Below, in pieces: positions 1-8,992 of a stretch of DNA of 39,714 nucleotides. Origin of the DNA: Promethearchaeota archaeon (GTDB taxonomy: Archaea > Asgardarchaeota > Lokiarchaeia > Sigyniarchaeales > SOKP01); NCBI GenBank assembly GCA_016839585.1, contig JAEOTZ010000080.1:1-39714 (forward strand), written 5' to 3'. The translations under genes were made by a program, and so were the position numbers. Each line of letters opens with the position of its first letter. Position 1 is the stretch's first letter. The notes beneath the pieces are model-generated. The model did no database searches and was not told the DNA's origin. It saw nothing but the letters and a program-made list of their open reading frames with translations.

Positions 1-1861
1 TACCGGAAAAATACCTCCAGAGAAACGAACTTTATTATTTAACAATTCTAGAATAATTGTTTCTACTCCTCAAGTAATTAAAAATGATTTAATAAGGGGA
101 AGATATGATCTCACTCAAGTTTCACTAGTAATTTTTGATGAAGCACATAAAACAAAAGGAAATTACTCATACAATTTTATATCAAAAGAATATATTAACA
201 CTTGTAATGATCCTTTAATTTTAGGATTAACAGCCTCTCCAGGAAAGGATTTTGAACATATCCAAGAAATTTGTGATAATTTGTGTATTGAAAATATTGT
301 GTTTAAAAATTATGAGGACAAGGATGTTAAAGATTATATTCATGACATTGACACATATATTAATTTGGTAGATTTACCACTAGAAATTCTTGAAATAAGC
401 CAAATTTGGGATAATTTATTTAAAAATTTTTTAAGATTCTTCATAGAGAGACAACTAATAAATCCAAATAAAAGATATTATTCAAAATTAGATTTTTTAA
501 GAATTTCTCATGATTTAACTTTATCCTTGAAATATCTAGATTGTGTTGAATCAGAAATATTTGATGAGGAATTTCTAAATCATTTATTTTTTCAAGATCC
601 TAAACTTATTGATATTGTTAAAGAAAACCATTATGATATCCATTCAATTTTCTCCTATTGTTCAACCTGTATTTCTATACTTCATGCGAAAGATTTATTA
701 GAAACTCAAGAAATTTCTCTTTTTAAATCATTTTTAGATAAAATAATATCTAAAGTAGAACGAGATGTATTATCTGCTAAAAGAATTGTTAATTCTGAAC
801 AATTTAAACTTACAAATTCTATTATTGAAAAAGAAGGTTTATCTAAATTATCTCATCCAAAGATAAATAAAGCAATTGAAATTATTAAAGAAGAAATTGA
901 AGAATTTCAAAATAGAAAAATCATTCTTTTCACACAATATAGAGAATTAGCGGAATATTTGAAGAAAAAGTTAAAAAATGAATTCAGGAATGAACTTACT
1001 ATAGAGAAATTCATTGGACAGACAACTAAACAAGATGATATGGGATATTCACAAAGAATCCAAATAGAAATACTTGAAAAATTTCGAAATAATGAAATCA
1101 ATGTATTAATCGCAACAAGCGTAGCTGAAGAAGGTCTGGATATTCCAAATGTTGATGCTATAATTTTTTATGAATCTGTTCCTTCAGAAATCAGATTAAT
1201 TCAAAGGCGCGGTAGAACAGGAAGAACTAGTCCTGGTAGATGTTATATTCTGTTAACTGAAGGAACTATTGATATTCCTTTCCATATTGTTGCCCGAAGA
1301 AAAGAAAAATCAATGAATTCAGTATTATTAAATAAAAAACAATTAAAATTACAGAAGAATTTAAAAAGAAAGAAAATTACATTCCTTTCTCCTAAAAAAG
1401 AATTTTCAGAAATGGATTTAATCTATAATTTTAGAGAAAGGAAAGAAAGAGAAATAGAACTTTTAGCGAACCGTTCAATAGAAGATATCATTTCTCAATT
1501 AGACAAATATTATAGAAGTGCAGAGTATAAATCATTCAAAGACAGTGGTATAACCTTTTTTTCTGATTTAATAAAAATGGATGATATTAATTTAAAAAAT
1601 AAAGTTTTAAAAATAAAAAGGAAGACCCCCAAAATGCAGAAAGAGCATAAAGCTTATTTAAATAAGAATGTAAAATGTTTGATTAATTTAGCTAAAACTT
1701 ACAGTAAAAGTGGAAAAATAAATCTTAAAAAGTTTGAAGAACTCGCTCGAAATGAAGATATTGAAAATAAGAAATTTCATATTCATTTTAATCAAGCTTG
1801 TTATCTAGGATACTTAAAAAAGCAAAATGATTTTGTACATTTTGTTATGGATTTTGAATGA
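1..1861 (+). CDS. hef: Hef/FANCM(Mph1)-type SF2 DEAH helicase, 5'-truncated by the window edge, no C-terminal ERCC4 nuclease domain
   Basis: Frame 2 is open from base 2 (TGKIPPEKR...STPQVIKNDL...VIFDEAHK...LGLTASPG), so the ORF-track start at 281 is not the true start. DEAH is at 137-148. Later motifs are IILFTQYRE, IATSVAEEGLDIP and IRLIQRRGRTGR, typical of the Hef/Mph1 family. Confidence 0.9.
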   Translation, partial: TGKIPPEKRTLLFNNSRIIVSTPQVIKNDLIRGRYDLTQVSLVIFDEAHKTKGNYSYNFISKEYINTCNDPLILGLTASPGKDFEHIQEICDNLCIENIVFKNYEDKDVKDYIHDIDTYINLVDLPLEILEISQIWDNLFKNFLRFFIERQLINPNKRYYSKLDFLRISHDLTLSLKYLDCVESEIFDEEFLNHLFFQDPKLIDIVKENHYDIHSIFSYCSTCISILHAKDLLETQEISLFKSFLDKIISKVERDVLSAKRIVNSEQFKLTNSIIEKEGLSKLSHPKINKAIEIIKEEIEEFQNRKIILFTQYRELAEYLKKKLKNEFRNELTIEKFIGQTTKQDDMGYSQRIQIEILEKFRNNEINVLIATSVAEEGLDIPNVDAIIFYESVPSEIRLIQRRGRTGRTSPGRCYILLTEGTIDIPFHIVARRKEKSMNSVLLNKKQLKLQKNLKRKKITFLSPKKEFSEMDLIYNFRERKEREIELLANRSIEDIISQLDKYYRSAEYKSFKDSGITFFSDLIKMDDINLKNKVLKIKRKTPKMQKEHKAYLNKNVKCLINLAKTYSKSGKINLKKFEELARNEDIENKKFHIHFNQACYLGYLKKQNDFVHFVMDFE

Positions 1862-1871
1862 AATGAAATAG

Positions 1872-4800
1872 TCACTTAATTTTTTCATTTTTTTCCTTTT
1901 TCAGAAAGTAATATAATAAAAGAGCACCTGTAATTATCGCAGGTACTGCAATTACAGTAGGGTTACCTCCACTGAACATGAATAAATAGTATGAAATGGT
2001 TACAATTGAAGTAACTAAAGCTATGATGGGTCCATATTGCCTAGCAAAATTAGTTATATGACGTAAAACCATGTTTATTTTGAAATTTGTGCTTTTAATT
2101 ACTTCGAGTTCAGTTTCATCTAATTCATCTAATATATCAGGATTTTCATAATATATCCCGAACCTAGGGTCATATTTACCATTTAAATCTCCTTCACTAA
2201 TAAGATTTAATAAGTGATCTTGTATGTTTTGCTTTTTTATTTTTAATTCATGATTTAGAAACCCAATAGTCAAATATTCATTTGTTACTGCCTTAATTGT
2301 CATATCAATATAAGATTTCAGTACTAATCGTTCTAATGATTTAACTTTTTCACTTAGGATTTCGTTATATTCATTAATAAATTTATTATAATCTTCCAAA
2401 ATGTATTTTGATATCTGACCGAAATTCTTTGATTGCCTATTAAATTCTCTTATCTTATTATTAACATTTTTATTGATTTCTTTAATCTCCATTTCAATAT
2501 TCTTTGCTCTCTTTTGAACTATTAAATTTATTCTTTTAAATTCTTTAATTTCAATATTGTCTTCAACTTTTCTTTCTAAATTACCGAGTAATTGGCTTAA
2601 ATAAATTTTGTAATCATTAATAAAGCTCATTAATTTTTCTCGGAATGATTCGTGTTTCATCATGGTTATCTGATCATTGACCTCTTTAATTTTCTCCTCA
2701 TATTCATTTAACAAATTGTTTTTTTTCTTAACAAATAATTCCCTAATTTCAGGAACTAATTTATTTGAATCCTCAGTTTTATTCCAAAGATTTTTTAATT
2801 TTGCTTCAATTTTATGTTGAGTTTGGTTTAACTTTTCTTCAATTATTTTCTTTTTAGATTCAAAATCTTCTTGGATCTCTTCATGAGAATGAATTTGTTC
2901 GGTTTTTTTGAGTATAGTTGTAAAATGTTGCATAAATTCAATTTTTAAATTGTTATATTGTTTATCGATGACACTAATCATTTCATTAAAGAGAGCTAGA
3001 CCAGCCTTTATTTTTCTAATTGCTAATTTATCATTTTCTATAACAGATTCGAAATAACCCTTTGTTTCAACAAATTCTTCTCTTTCTTGATTAATTTGAA
3101 GCTCATTTACTTTATTATAGAATTGGTTTGGGATAACATTTTCAAAAATTTTCAAGTCATTAATTCGATTTTGAAGTTCAAGCATATTTACATTTAAAGT
3201 TCTTTTCCTTATACTCGAATCGTAAAGTGCCAAAATTTTTCCTATTCTTTCTCGGTTTAATTTTAATAATTGATTGTCAATATAGTTTCTAAGTTCTTTA
3301 TTCAAATAATAATTGTTTGTATGAACAAGTAGATATTTATCATCTTCATTAAGTTCTGCATTTATTTTAGAGATATCAATCATATCTTTAATTCTATTTA
3401 TTAATACTTTACAGCTTAGGTTTAAATCATTTTTTAAATCGCTTAACTTAACATAATTTGATTTTTTCTCATAAGCAAATAAGTTGATTCTTTTTGAAAT
3501 AATATCATTTATATATTTATCTTTTAAGGCTGGTATCTCATTACTTAGAAATTCTTTAAATTTTTCCCATTGTATTATGGTTACTTTCGATTTTTCTTCG
3601 AAATCATCAATATTTTTTTTACATTTAATTAATTTCTTTAAATAAATATTATTAGCAGCTTCAAATATGGCTATAAAATCATCAAAACCTTTAAGAACGT
3701 TATTGATTTTGAGAATTTTCATTTGATCTAATTGGTTTTTATAGTTGTTCAATTCTGTTTTAAATTTACCAACTTCTTGTGATACAAAATTATCAAAATC
3801 TTCAATCTGAGTATGATTCCTCTCAATAACCACTTTATTCTTTAATGATTGGACCCTTTCTGCTATTAATTCAATGATATTCTCTTCCAAATTATCTAGT
3901 GCTTCCAATAAATAACCATATAGAAGATAAAGTTTTTGTTTGGTTTTAATATCTTTTTTGACTCTTGATTGGATTTCTTTAATTTCTTTTGTTTTTTTAT
4001 CTAAAAGTACATCAGATTCTTGTTTAATAACATTAAATGCTTCTTGAAATAGATTGTTATCAGTAATATTCTTAGTTTTTTCACTTATTTCCAATATCTC
4101 AATTTTAACTCTTTCTTTAATATCATCAACCTTTCTCATATTAGTAATAAAGAATTGAAAACCAGAGGTATAATAGCTAAAAATAGATTCAAAATTTTCT
4201 TTAAAACTTAACCAATCACCAATAACTTTTTTATGTTTATTTAGAACACTTTTTTCTTTTGTAGTAACTTGTTGAGAGACATTGTAAATTATATTATCAT
4301 ATTTACTGACACTTTTTGAAATTTTATCAAATTCCTGAACAATAAAATCGAATTTTTCATTACTATAACCTTGTTCAAAAGTTTCCCTAAACAAATTTCT
4401 AAAATCATCAAGTTTTTTTGTAATTTCCTCAGTAATACTCCCAATTTTTTCTTCTAATTTTTCTAGTAGGTTACTTATATCTCTTAGATTTTCTTTTTCG
4501 AAAATTTTCTCTTTTAAATATGAATCAATTTCGCTTAAACTTTTTTGTATTACAGAATAAACTTTATTCCATTGAGCAATATCAGATTTTAGCAATGTCT
4601 GAATGTTGAGATAATATAATTCCTCATTAAATGAATTTTCGATATTTTCATTAAGAAAATCAGCATCCATTAATGCATTTCTTACAATAAATTTTAACCT
4701 TTCTTTTGCATAATTAATCTCATCTAAGATTAGATAGGATTCAATTTCATCCTTTATTTGTGAAGTAATATTTTTTAATTTTAAAGTCATATTATAAATA

Positions 4801-6254
4801 TCGTTCTTTATATCCTTCAATTTCTCTTTCTCATTTAATATCTGCTCTAAATTTATCTCTGTATCACAAATTATTATTCTTTCAAGAAAGAAATCCAAAT
4901 AAAACCTCTTCTTCACTAATTTACCCTTAAAAAAATTACGTTGAATCAATTGATCTACTAGGGGAATAATATCATCTTTTAATTTTAAGGATTTAAATGG
5001 ATATTTAGATTTACAATCCTTAAATATTTTTTTGAGGGATATTATACTCTTATTTGAAAGTTGATTATATATCTCTTGAGCAATAACCCTTTTCCCTTGA
5101 CTTAGGTTGCGTGTAAAATTTTTAAATTCAATCTTATTATTTAAGATCTTTAAATTAAAATTATAGCTCAGATTTATATATGAGATTATTTCTTCAATCA
5201 CATTTGATAAACCAAACGTACTTTTTATTTGATTTAAATCAACATATTTCTCTTTTTCTAATTGTCTATATAATAACCTTTCAATTTCATTGATAAATTT
5301 TTTCCATATCAATGACAAAAGAATGATTAATTTTGAAATATCAATTAATTTATTTAAATTCCAACCTGCCTGATTGTTTAATATTTCAACAATTTTAATA
5401 TTAATAAAAGAAAATATACCAGCAGGATTATAATCTAATAACCATGAAAAATTCTCAAGGCCATATACTATCCAAAAGGTAGTATCAATTTCTCCAATTT
5501 GTTTAAAACTAAATCCACCATTTTCTCTTTGAAATTGGTGGAAGTATTGAATATCCTTTTCACTAACTTCAGAATTTAGATCTAAAAATTTCAAACATAA
5601 TAACTTAAAAATTAGAGAGGGATTTCTTTTTCTGTCACTAATATATGAACGAAATTTATCCTTTTTTAGACGGATATCAATTCCTAGAATAGTAAATATT
5701 TCTATTACGTAATATAATGTCTTTACTGCTAAAGGCTTTTTATCAATTTCACAACTTTTTTCCAGACAATGTAAAAATCCATTTCCTTTCCTGTGAGTTA
5801 AAATAAAATTTATAATTTCTTCTCTAAATTGGTCTTGATCTGATATGGCAAAGTATTCATCAAAAAGTCCTAAGAGTTTCAAACTGGAAAGAGCAAAATA
5901 AGTGGACCAAATATCAGGTATATTTGGGGAATCAGGTTTAAATTTAAAACCTATTTGATTATTTTTATGAATTTCACATTTTTTAATATATTCAAATATT
6001 TCATTTCTAAATTCATACTTATCTTTTTTAAGATATTTCCTTAATAACAGGAACCAATAAATCATTTTAATGTTTAAAGCCTCATTAGCAAGTAAAGTTT
6101 TATTAAAATTTTGATAGAATTCTACAACTTTATCATAACCACTAAGATAATAAGTCCCTATTTCTCTTCCTTTTTTGAGCACAAATGATTTAAATGGTTC
6201 CTTTTTAAATTCCGTAATATACGGATAAGCTGTTTTTTGTTCAATTACTGTCAA
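1872..6254 (-). CDS. Large C-terminally anchored protein: N-terminal prenyltransferase/squalene-oxidase-repeat (alpha/alpha barrel) domain, several PCI/winged-helix-like segments, long coiled coils, two C-terminal TM helices
   Basis: PFTB-like repeats GFKF..PDIWSTYFALSSLKLLG and QRENGGFSF..IDTTFWIVYGL. PCI-like segments YVKLSDLKNDLNLSCKVLINRIKDMIDISKINAELNEDDKYL and YLTIGFLNHELKIKKQNIQDHLLNLISEGDLNGKYDPRFGIYY. K/E/I/L-rich heptads. Hydrophobic hairpin GPIIALVTSIVTISYYLFMF / VIAVPAIITGALLLYYFL followed by a basic tail. Confidence 0.7.
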   Translation of the reverse strand: MTVIEQKTAYPYITEFKKEPFKSFVLKKGREIGTYYLSGYDKVVEFYQNFNKTLLANEALNIKMIYWFLLLRKYLKKDKYEFRNEIFEYIKKCEIHKNNQIGFKFKPDSPNIPDIWSTYFALSSLKLLGLFDEYFAISDQDQFREEIINFILTHRKGNGFLHCLEKSCEIDKKPLAVKTLYYVIEIFTILGIDIRLKKDKFRSYISDRKRNPSLIFKLLCLKFLDLNSEVSEKDIQYFHQFQRENGGFSFKQIGEIDTTFWIVYGLENFSWLLDYNPAGIFSFINIKIVEILNNQAGWNLNKLIDISKLIILLSLIWKKFINEIERLLYRQLEKEKYVDLNQIKSTFGLSNVIEEIISYINLSYNFNLKILNNKIEFKNFTRNLSQGKRVIAQEIYNQLSNKSIISLKKIFKDCKSKYPFKSLKLKDDIIPLVDQLIQRNFFKGKLVKKRFYLDFFLERIIICDTEINLEQILNEKEKLKDIKNDIYNMTLKLKNITSQIKDEIESYLILDEINYAKERLKFIVRNALMDADFLNENIENSFNEELYYLNIQTLLKSDIAQWNKVYSVIQKSLSEIDSYLKEKIFEKENLRDISNLLEKLEEKIGSITEEITKKLDDFRNLFRETFEQGYSNEKFDFIVQEFDKISKSVSKYDNIIYNVSQQVTTKEKSVLNKHKKVIGDWLSFKENFESIFSYYTSGFQFFITNMRKVDDIKERVKIEILEISEKTKNITDNNLFQEAFNVIKQESDVLLDKKTKEIKEIQSRVKKDIKTKQKLYLLYGYLLEALDNLEENIIELIAERVQSLKNKVVIERNHTQIEDFDNFVSQEVGKFKTELNNYKNQLDQMKILKINNVLKGFDDFIAIFEAANNIYLKKLIKCKKNIDDFEEKSKVTIIQWEKFKEFLSNEIPALKDKYINDIISKRINLFAYEKKSNYVKLSDLKNDLNLSCKVLINRIKDMIDISKINAELNEDDKYLLVHTNNYYLNKELRNYIDNQLLKLNRERIGKILALYDSSIRKRTLNVNMLELQNRINDLKIFENVIPNQFYNKVNELQINQEREEFVETKGYFESVIENDKLAIRKIKAGLALFNEMISVIDKQYNNLKIEFMQHFTTILKKTEQIHSHEEIQEDFESKKKIIEEKLNQTQHKIEAKLKNLWNKTEDSNKLVPEIRELFVKKKNNLLNEYEEKIKEVNDQITMMKHESFREKLMSFINDYKIYLSQLLGNLERKVEDNIEIKEFKRINLIVQKRAKNIEMEIKEINKNVNNKIREFNRQSKNFGQISKYILEDYNKFINEYNEILSEKVKSLERLVLKSYIDMTIKAVTNEYLTIGFLNHELKIKKQNIQDHLLNLISEGDLNGKYDPRFGIYYENPDILDELDETELEVIKSTNFKINMVLRHITNFARQYGPIIALVTSIVTISYYLFMFSGGNPTVIAVPAIITGALLLYYFLKKEKNEKIK

Positions 6255-6515
6255 ATATAAATAAAACCCCTAAAATAATAATTTTAAAATATTAATATTT
6301 TTCTTTTAGGATCAAATATAATAATATGAACATTTATTTTTTTGGGAATATTTTTATATTTGATTTTTCAATCCACTAAAAAGACATAAAACTTAACCTC
6401 TTGTGTAAAATATCACTAAATATTAATAACTTGTTAAAGTTAAAAAGAGATGGGATACAACTTATTCATTTCAAAAAACCCTTCTAATCCCTATTTTTGT
6501 TTGCTAGATAATTTT

Positions 6516-7121
6516 TTACCTAGTTTTTTTGTTAATATAGAGACAAACTGCTGCAAAAATGAGTGAAACTGTAATAATATATAATATATTCCTTAATACA
6601 AATAGATTTATTCTTCTAGGGAGATCTAAATAAACATACCAAGCTTCGGATAAACTTGAAGTTCCATTTGGCGAAGAATCTTTTGCCCAAACCCGTATAA
6701 TGTAAAAAATCCTATTTACATAAGTACTTAAATTCTCCCAGTTATAAGTCCATATATCACCTCCAGATGAGGTCATTGAAGCATTTATTAATAAATTTGT
6801 CAAATTCGAAATTTGGACTCGAACATTTCCATATGAAGGAGGATTTTCATCTGTTATATTTACAATTACCTCATAAGATTTCGTTTCTATTTTAGTATAA
6901 TTTAAATTAGGTTGAATAAAAGTGATATTTGGACCAGTTAAATCAGGCTGATTGAGATATATTGAGAACTCATCCTGATATAACTCTCTATTTTCAATGT
7001 TATTGTTCAAAATAAAATCCATATTCAGGTTTAGTGCTATAATTGTTACTGTAGAAAATATCAAACATACCATAATAAGTGGAAATTTGACTTTATTGTT
7101 CCTTTTTTGCACCCTTGTCAC
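6516..7121 (-). CDS. Membrane-anchored protein with a probable Ig-like extracellular domain
   Basis: N-terminal hydrophobic helix. Beta-rich core (PNITFIQP..VIVNITDEN..WTYNW..YIIRVWAKDSSPN) with several N-x-S/T sequons. C-terminal TM helix plus KKTR. Confidence 0.6.
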   Translation of the reverse strand: MTRVQKRNNKVKFPLIMVCLIFSTVTIIALNLNMDFILNNNIENRELYQDEFSIYLNQPDLTGPNITFIQPNLNYTKIETKSYEVIVNITDENPPSYGNVRVQISNLTNLLINASMTSSGGDIWTYNWENLSTYVNRIFYIIRVWAKDSSPNGTSSLSEAWYVYLDLPRRINLFVLRNILYIITVSLIFAAVCLYINKKTR

Positions 7122-7274
7122 AGAAACTTGATTGAAATATTTAATTTAGAAATAATTCTAATTTTAATATAAATTTTGAGTAATTGAAGAAAGTTCTTTC
7201 TTAAAATTGAAAAAGATAAGGATATCTTCAAATTTTATTTAAGAAAGATGAGAACAAAAAAAGAAAAAAATTAT

Positions 7275-8789
7275 TTATAAACTAGGATTGCTGGTAAAAT
7301 TCCATGTGTCTTTTATACCTAAATTATCTTGTATCAAAGGATTTTGGATAACTTGTACATGTAAAGGTGGGTTTCTTGTTGGAATCCAATTAATAGCAAA
7401 ATTATAAGCTGCCCCTATAGTTTTATTTTGATCTAATTGATCCCAGAATGGATGAAAAAACCATGAACCGGCAAAACCATCTGGATTTTTGTTGTTTATC
7501 CAATACCACGCTAATCGGTCAGATGAAGCACTGACAAATATACAATTAGGCAAATCATACCAACTGCTTCCAATATTCTTATTTTCATTTAAGAAGTTAC
7601 CACTAAAGCAACAATCAACACAAATTAACATTCTCACGCAATCTATTTCTTTTACTAAATCATAGAATTCAAATTCATCTATAAAACTATTATCTGCTTC
7701 AAAATGAAAGGTTGCATTTCCATCACCTAATCTAGCATTTGAACCATGATCCACCATGTAAATTATCAGTTGATCTTTTGGCTTGATCCCAGAAGCAAAT
7801 GATCCTGAATAACTAAAATTTAACTCTTGTTTGAACCTTGCGGCAGTTACATTTTCATGTGCTACATCAATAACCGCTGGTTCTGTACCATGGATTAAAT
7901 CATTTGGATATATATCAAAAAAATCTATATCAATAACACCATCAGCATCGTCTTTGTAATAAAGCATTAAAAAGATATCATCATCAAAATAGCCATGATT
8001 CTTTAATACCCAATATGCTTGAAGGGCTTGAGCAGGAAAACCATCCGAGTTAATACCAGGTGGGGGTGGGGGTGGATCTGGATCTGTTGGATCTGTTAAA
8101 TTAACTTGAATCCATCTATCAATAATTACATCATCATAATATAGTTCATTATCAGGGCCTGGCGCGAAAATACCTTCAGTATATAGGATCAATTTTAATT
8201 TTACAATTTCATTACCAGATTCATTATTACAAACTCCCAGTGCATTAATTGGAATCCATTCATTCATTATAGGATTAACATCAGCTGACCAGTTTGACCA
8301 ATCTGTTCTCACTACCTGATCGGCTGAATCTAGCCATTGTAAGCCAATTCGAATCCCATTACCAGTAATTGGTGCGGAACTGTTGAGATATATCTGTGTC
8401 GACATGTTATAAAACGCATATTCAGTTAAATTATAAAAGGAATTCCAATTGAACGTATAACTCGCAGAAACATTAAGACCAGGTGCTTCAGGACGAATAA
8501 CTAAAGATCCATTAGTTTTATCTCCAAATTCTATCCAATCCGGATCACTAAAGATTCCCGTGAAATTCCATGTTCCAGGGGGAATTTCATGAGTAGAATC
8601 TAGACTTACATCCCATTCGGGTTCTTCTTCACTCCCATAAAAATCATTCGCACTGCAAACTATTATCGCTTTTCTTGTTCCTTTTTCAGTCGGTTTTTCT
8701 TCGAGAGGAATTAATAATGTAACTAAACCCACAATCAATACTATGGTAATAACCACTACGATAGTCGGAACTAATTTTCTCTTAGTCAT
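7275..8789 (-). CDS. Membrane-anchored C13-family (legumain/GPI8-like, caspase fold) cysteine peptidase with an inserted beta-sandwich domain
   Basis: N-terminal TM helix. Strand RKAIIVCS. AYWVLKNHGYFDDDIFLML resembles the conserved C13 helix-loop-strand. Catalytic dyad motifs LIIYMVDHG (His codon 7746-7748) and LICVDCCFSG (Cys codon 7608-7610). Confidence 0.8.
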   Translation of the reverse strand: MTKRKLVPTIVVVITIVLIVGLVTLLIPLEEKPTEKGTRKAIIVCSANDFYGSEEEPEWDVSLDSTHEIPPGTWNFTGIFSDPDWIEFGDKTNGSLVIRPEAPGLNVSASYTFNWNSFYNLTEYAFYNMSTQIYLNSSAPITGNGIRIGLQWLDSADQVVRTDWSNWSADVNPIMNEWIPINALGVCNNESGNEIVKLKLILYTEGIFAPGPDNELYYDDVIIDRWIQVNLTDPTDPDPPPPPPGINSDGFPAQALQAYWVLKNHGYFDDDIFLMLYYKDDADGVIDIDFFDIYPNDLIHGTEPAVIDVAHENVTAARFKQELNFSYSGSFASGIKPKDQLIIYMVDHGSNARLGDGNATFHFEADNSFIDEFEFYDLVKEIDCVRMLICVDCCFSGNFLNENKNIGSSWYDLPNCIFVSASSDRLAWYWINNKNPDGFAGSWFFHPFWDQLDQNKTIGAAYNFAINWIPTRNPPLHVQVIQNPLIQDNLGIKDTWNFTSNPSL

Positions 8790-8960
8790 AAGATTTCACT
8801 ACATTGAAAAATATATTCTTTAATAAAACTATTGTTTCATCGAATTTTTAAATTTATCTTCTCCATTAAAACTATTTTTGCAATATTTCAATAAAATGAA
8901 ATGTGAATCGATTAATATAGTCTTAAATGAAAAAAAATATTAAAAAAGAAATAGGTTTAA

Positions 8961-8977
8961 ATGAGCTATTCGCTCAT
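8961..8977 (-). terminator. Hairpin followed by a T-rich tract downstream of the Fe-S gene
   Basis: Perfect 6-bp stem ATGAGC-5 nt-GCTCAT about 15 nt after the stop codon, followed on the minus strand by TTTCTTTTTT. Confidence 0.4.
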
Positions 8978-8992
8978 ACTTTCAGTTCCTCT

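Noticed and set aside
1872-6254. SMC/Rad50 or SNARE call for the long coiled-coil protein
   Set aside because: It has no Walker A/B motifs or hinge, and no clear SNARE motif next to the TM segment.
8058-8095. G-rich tract read as a regulatory G-quadruplex or repeat element
   Set aside because: It is explained by the poly-proline linker codons of the C13 peptidase.
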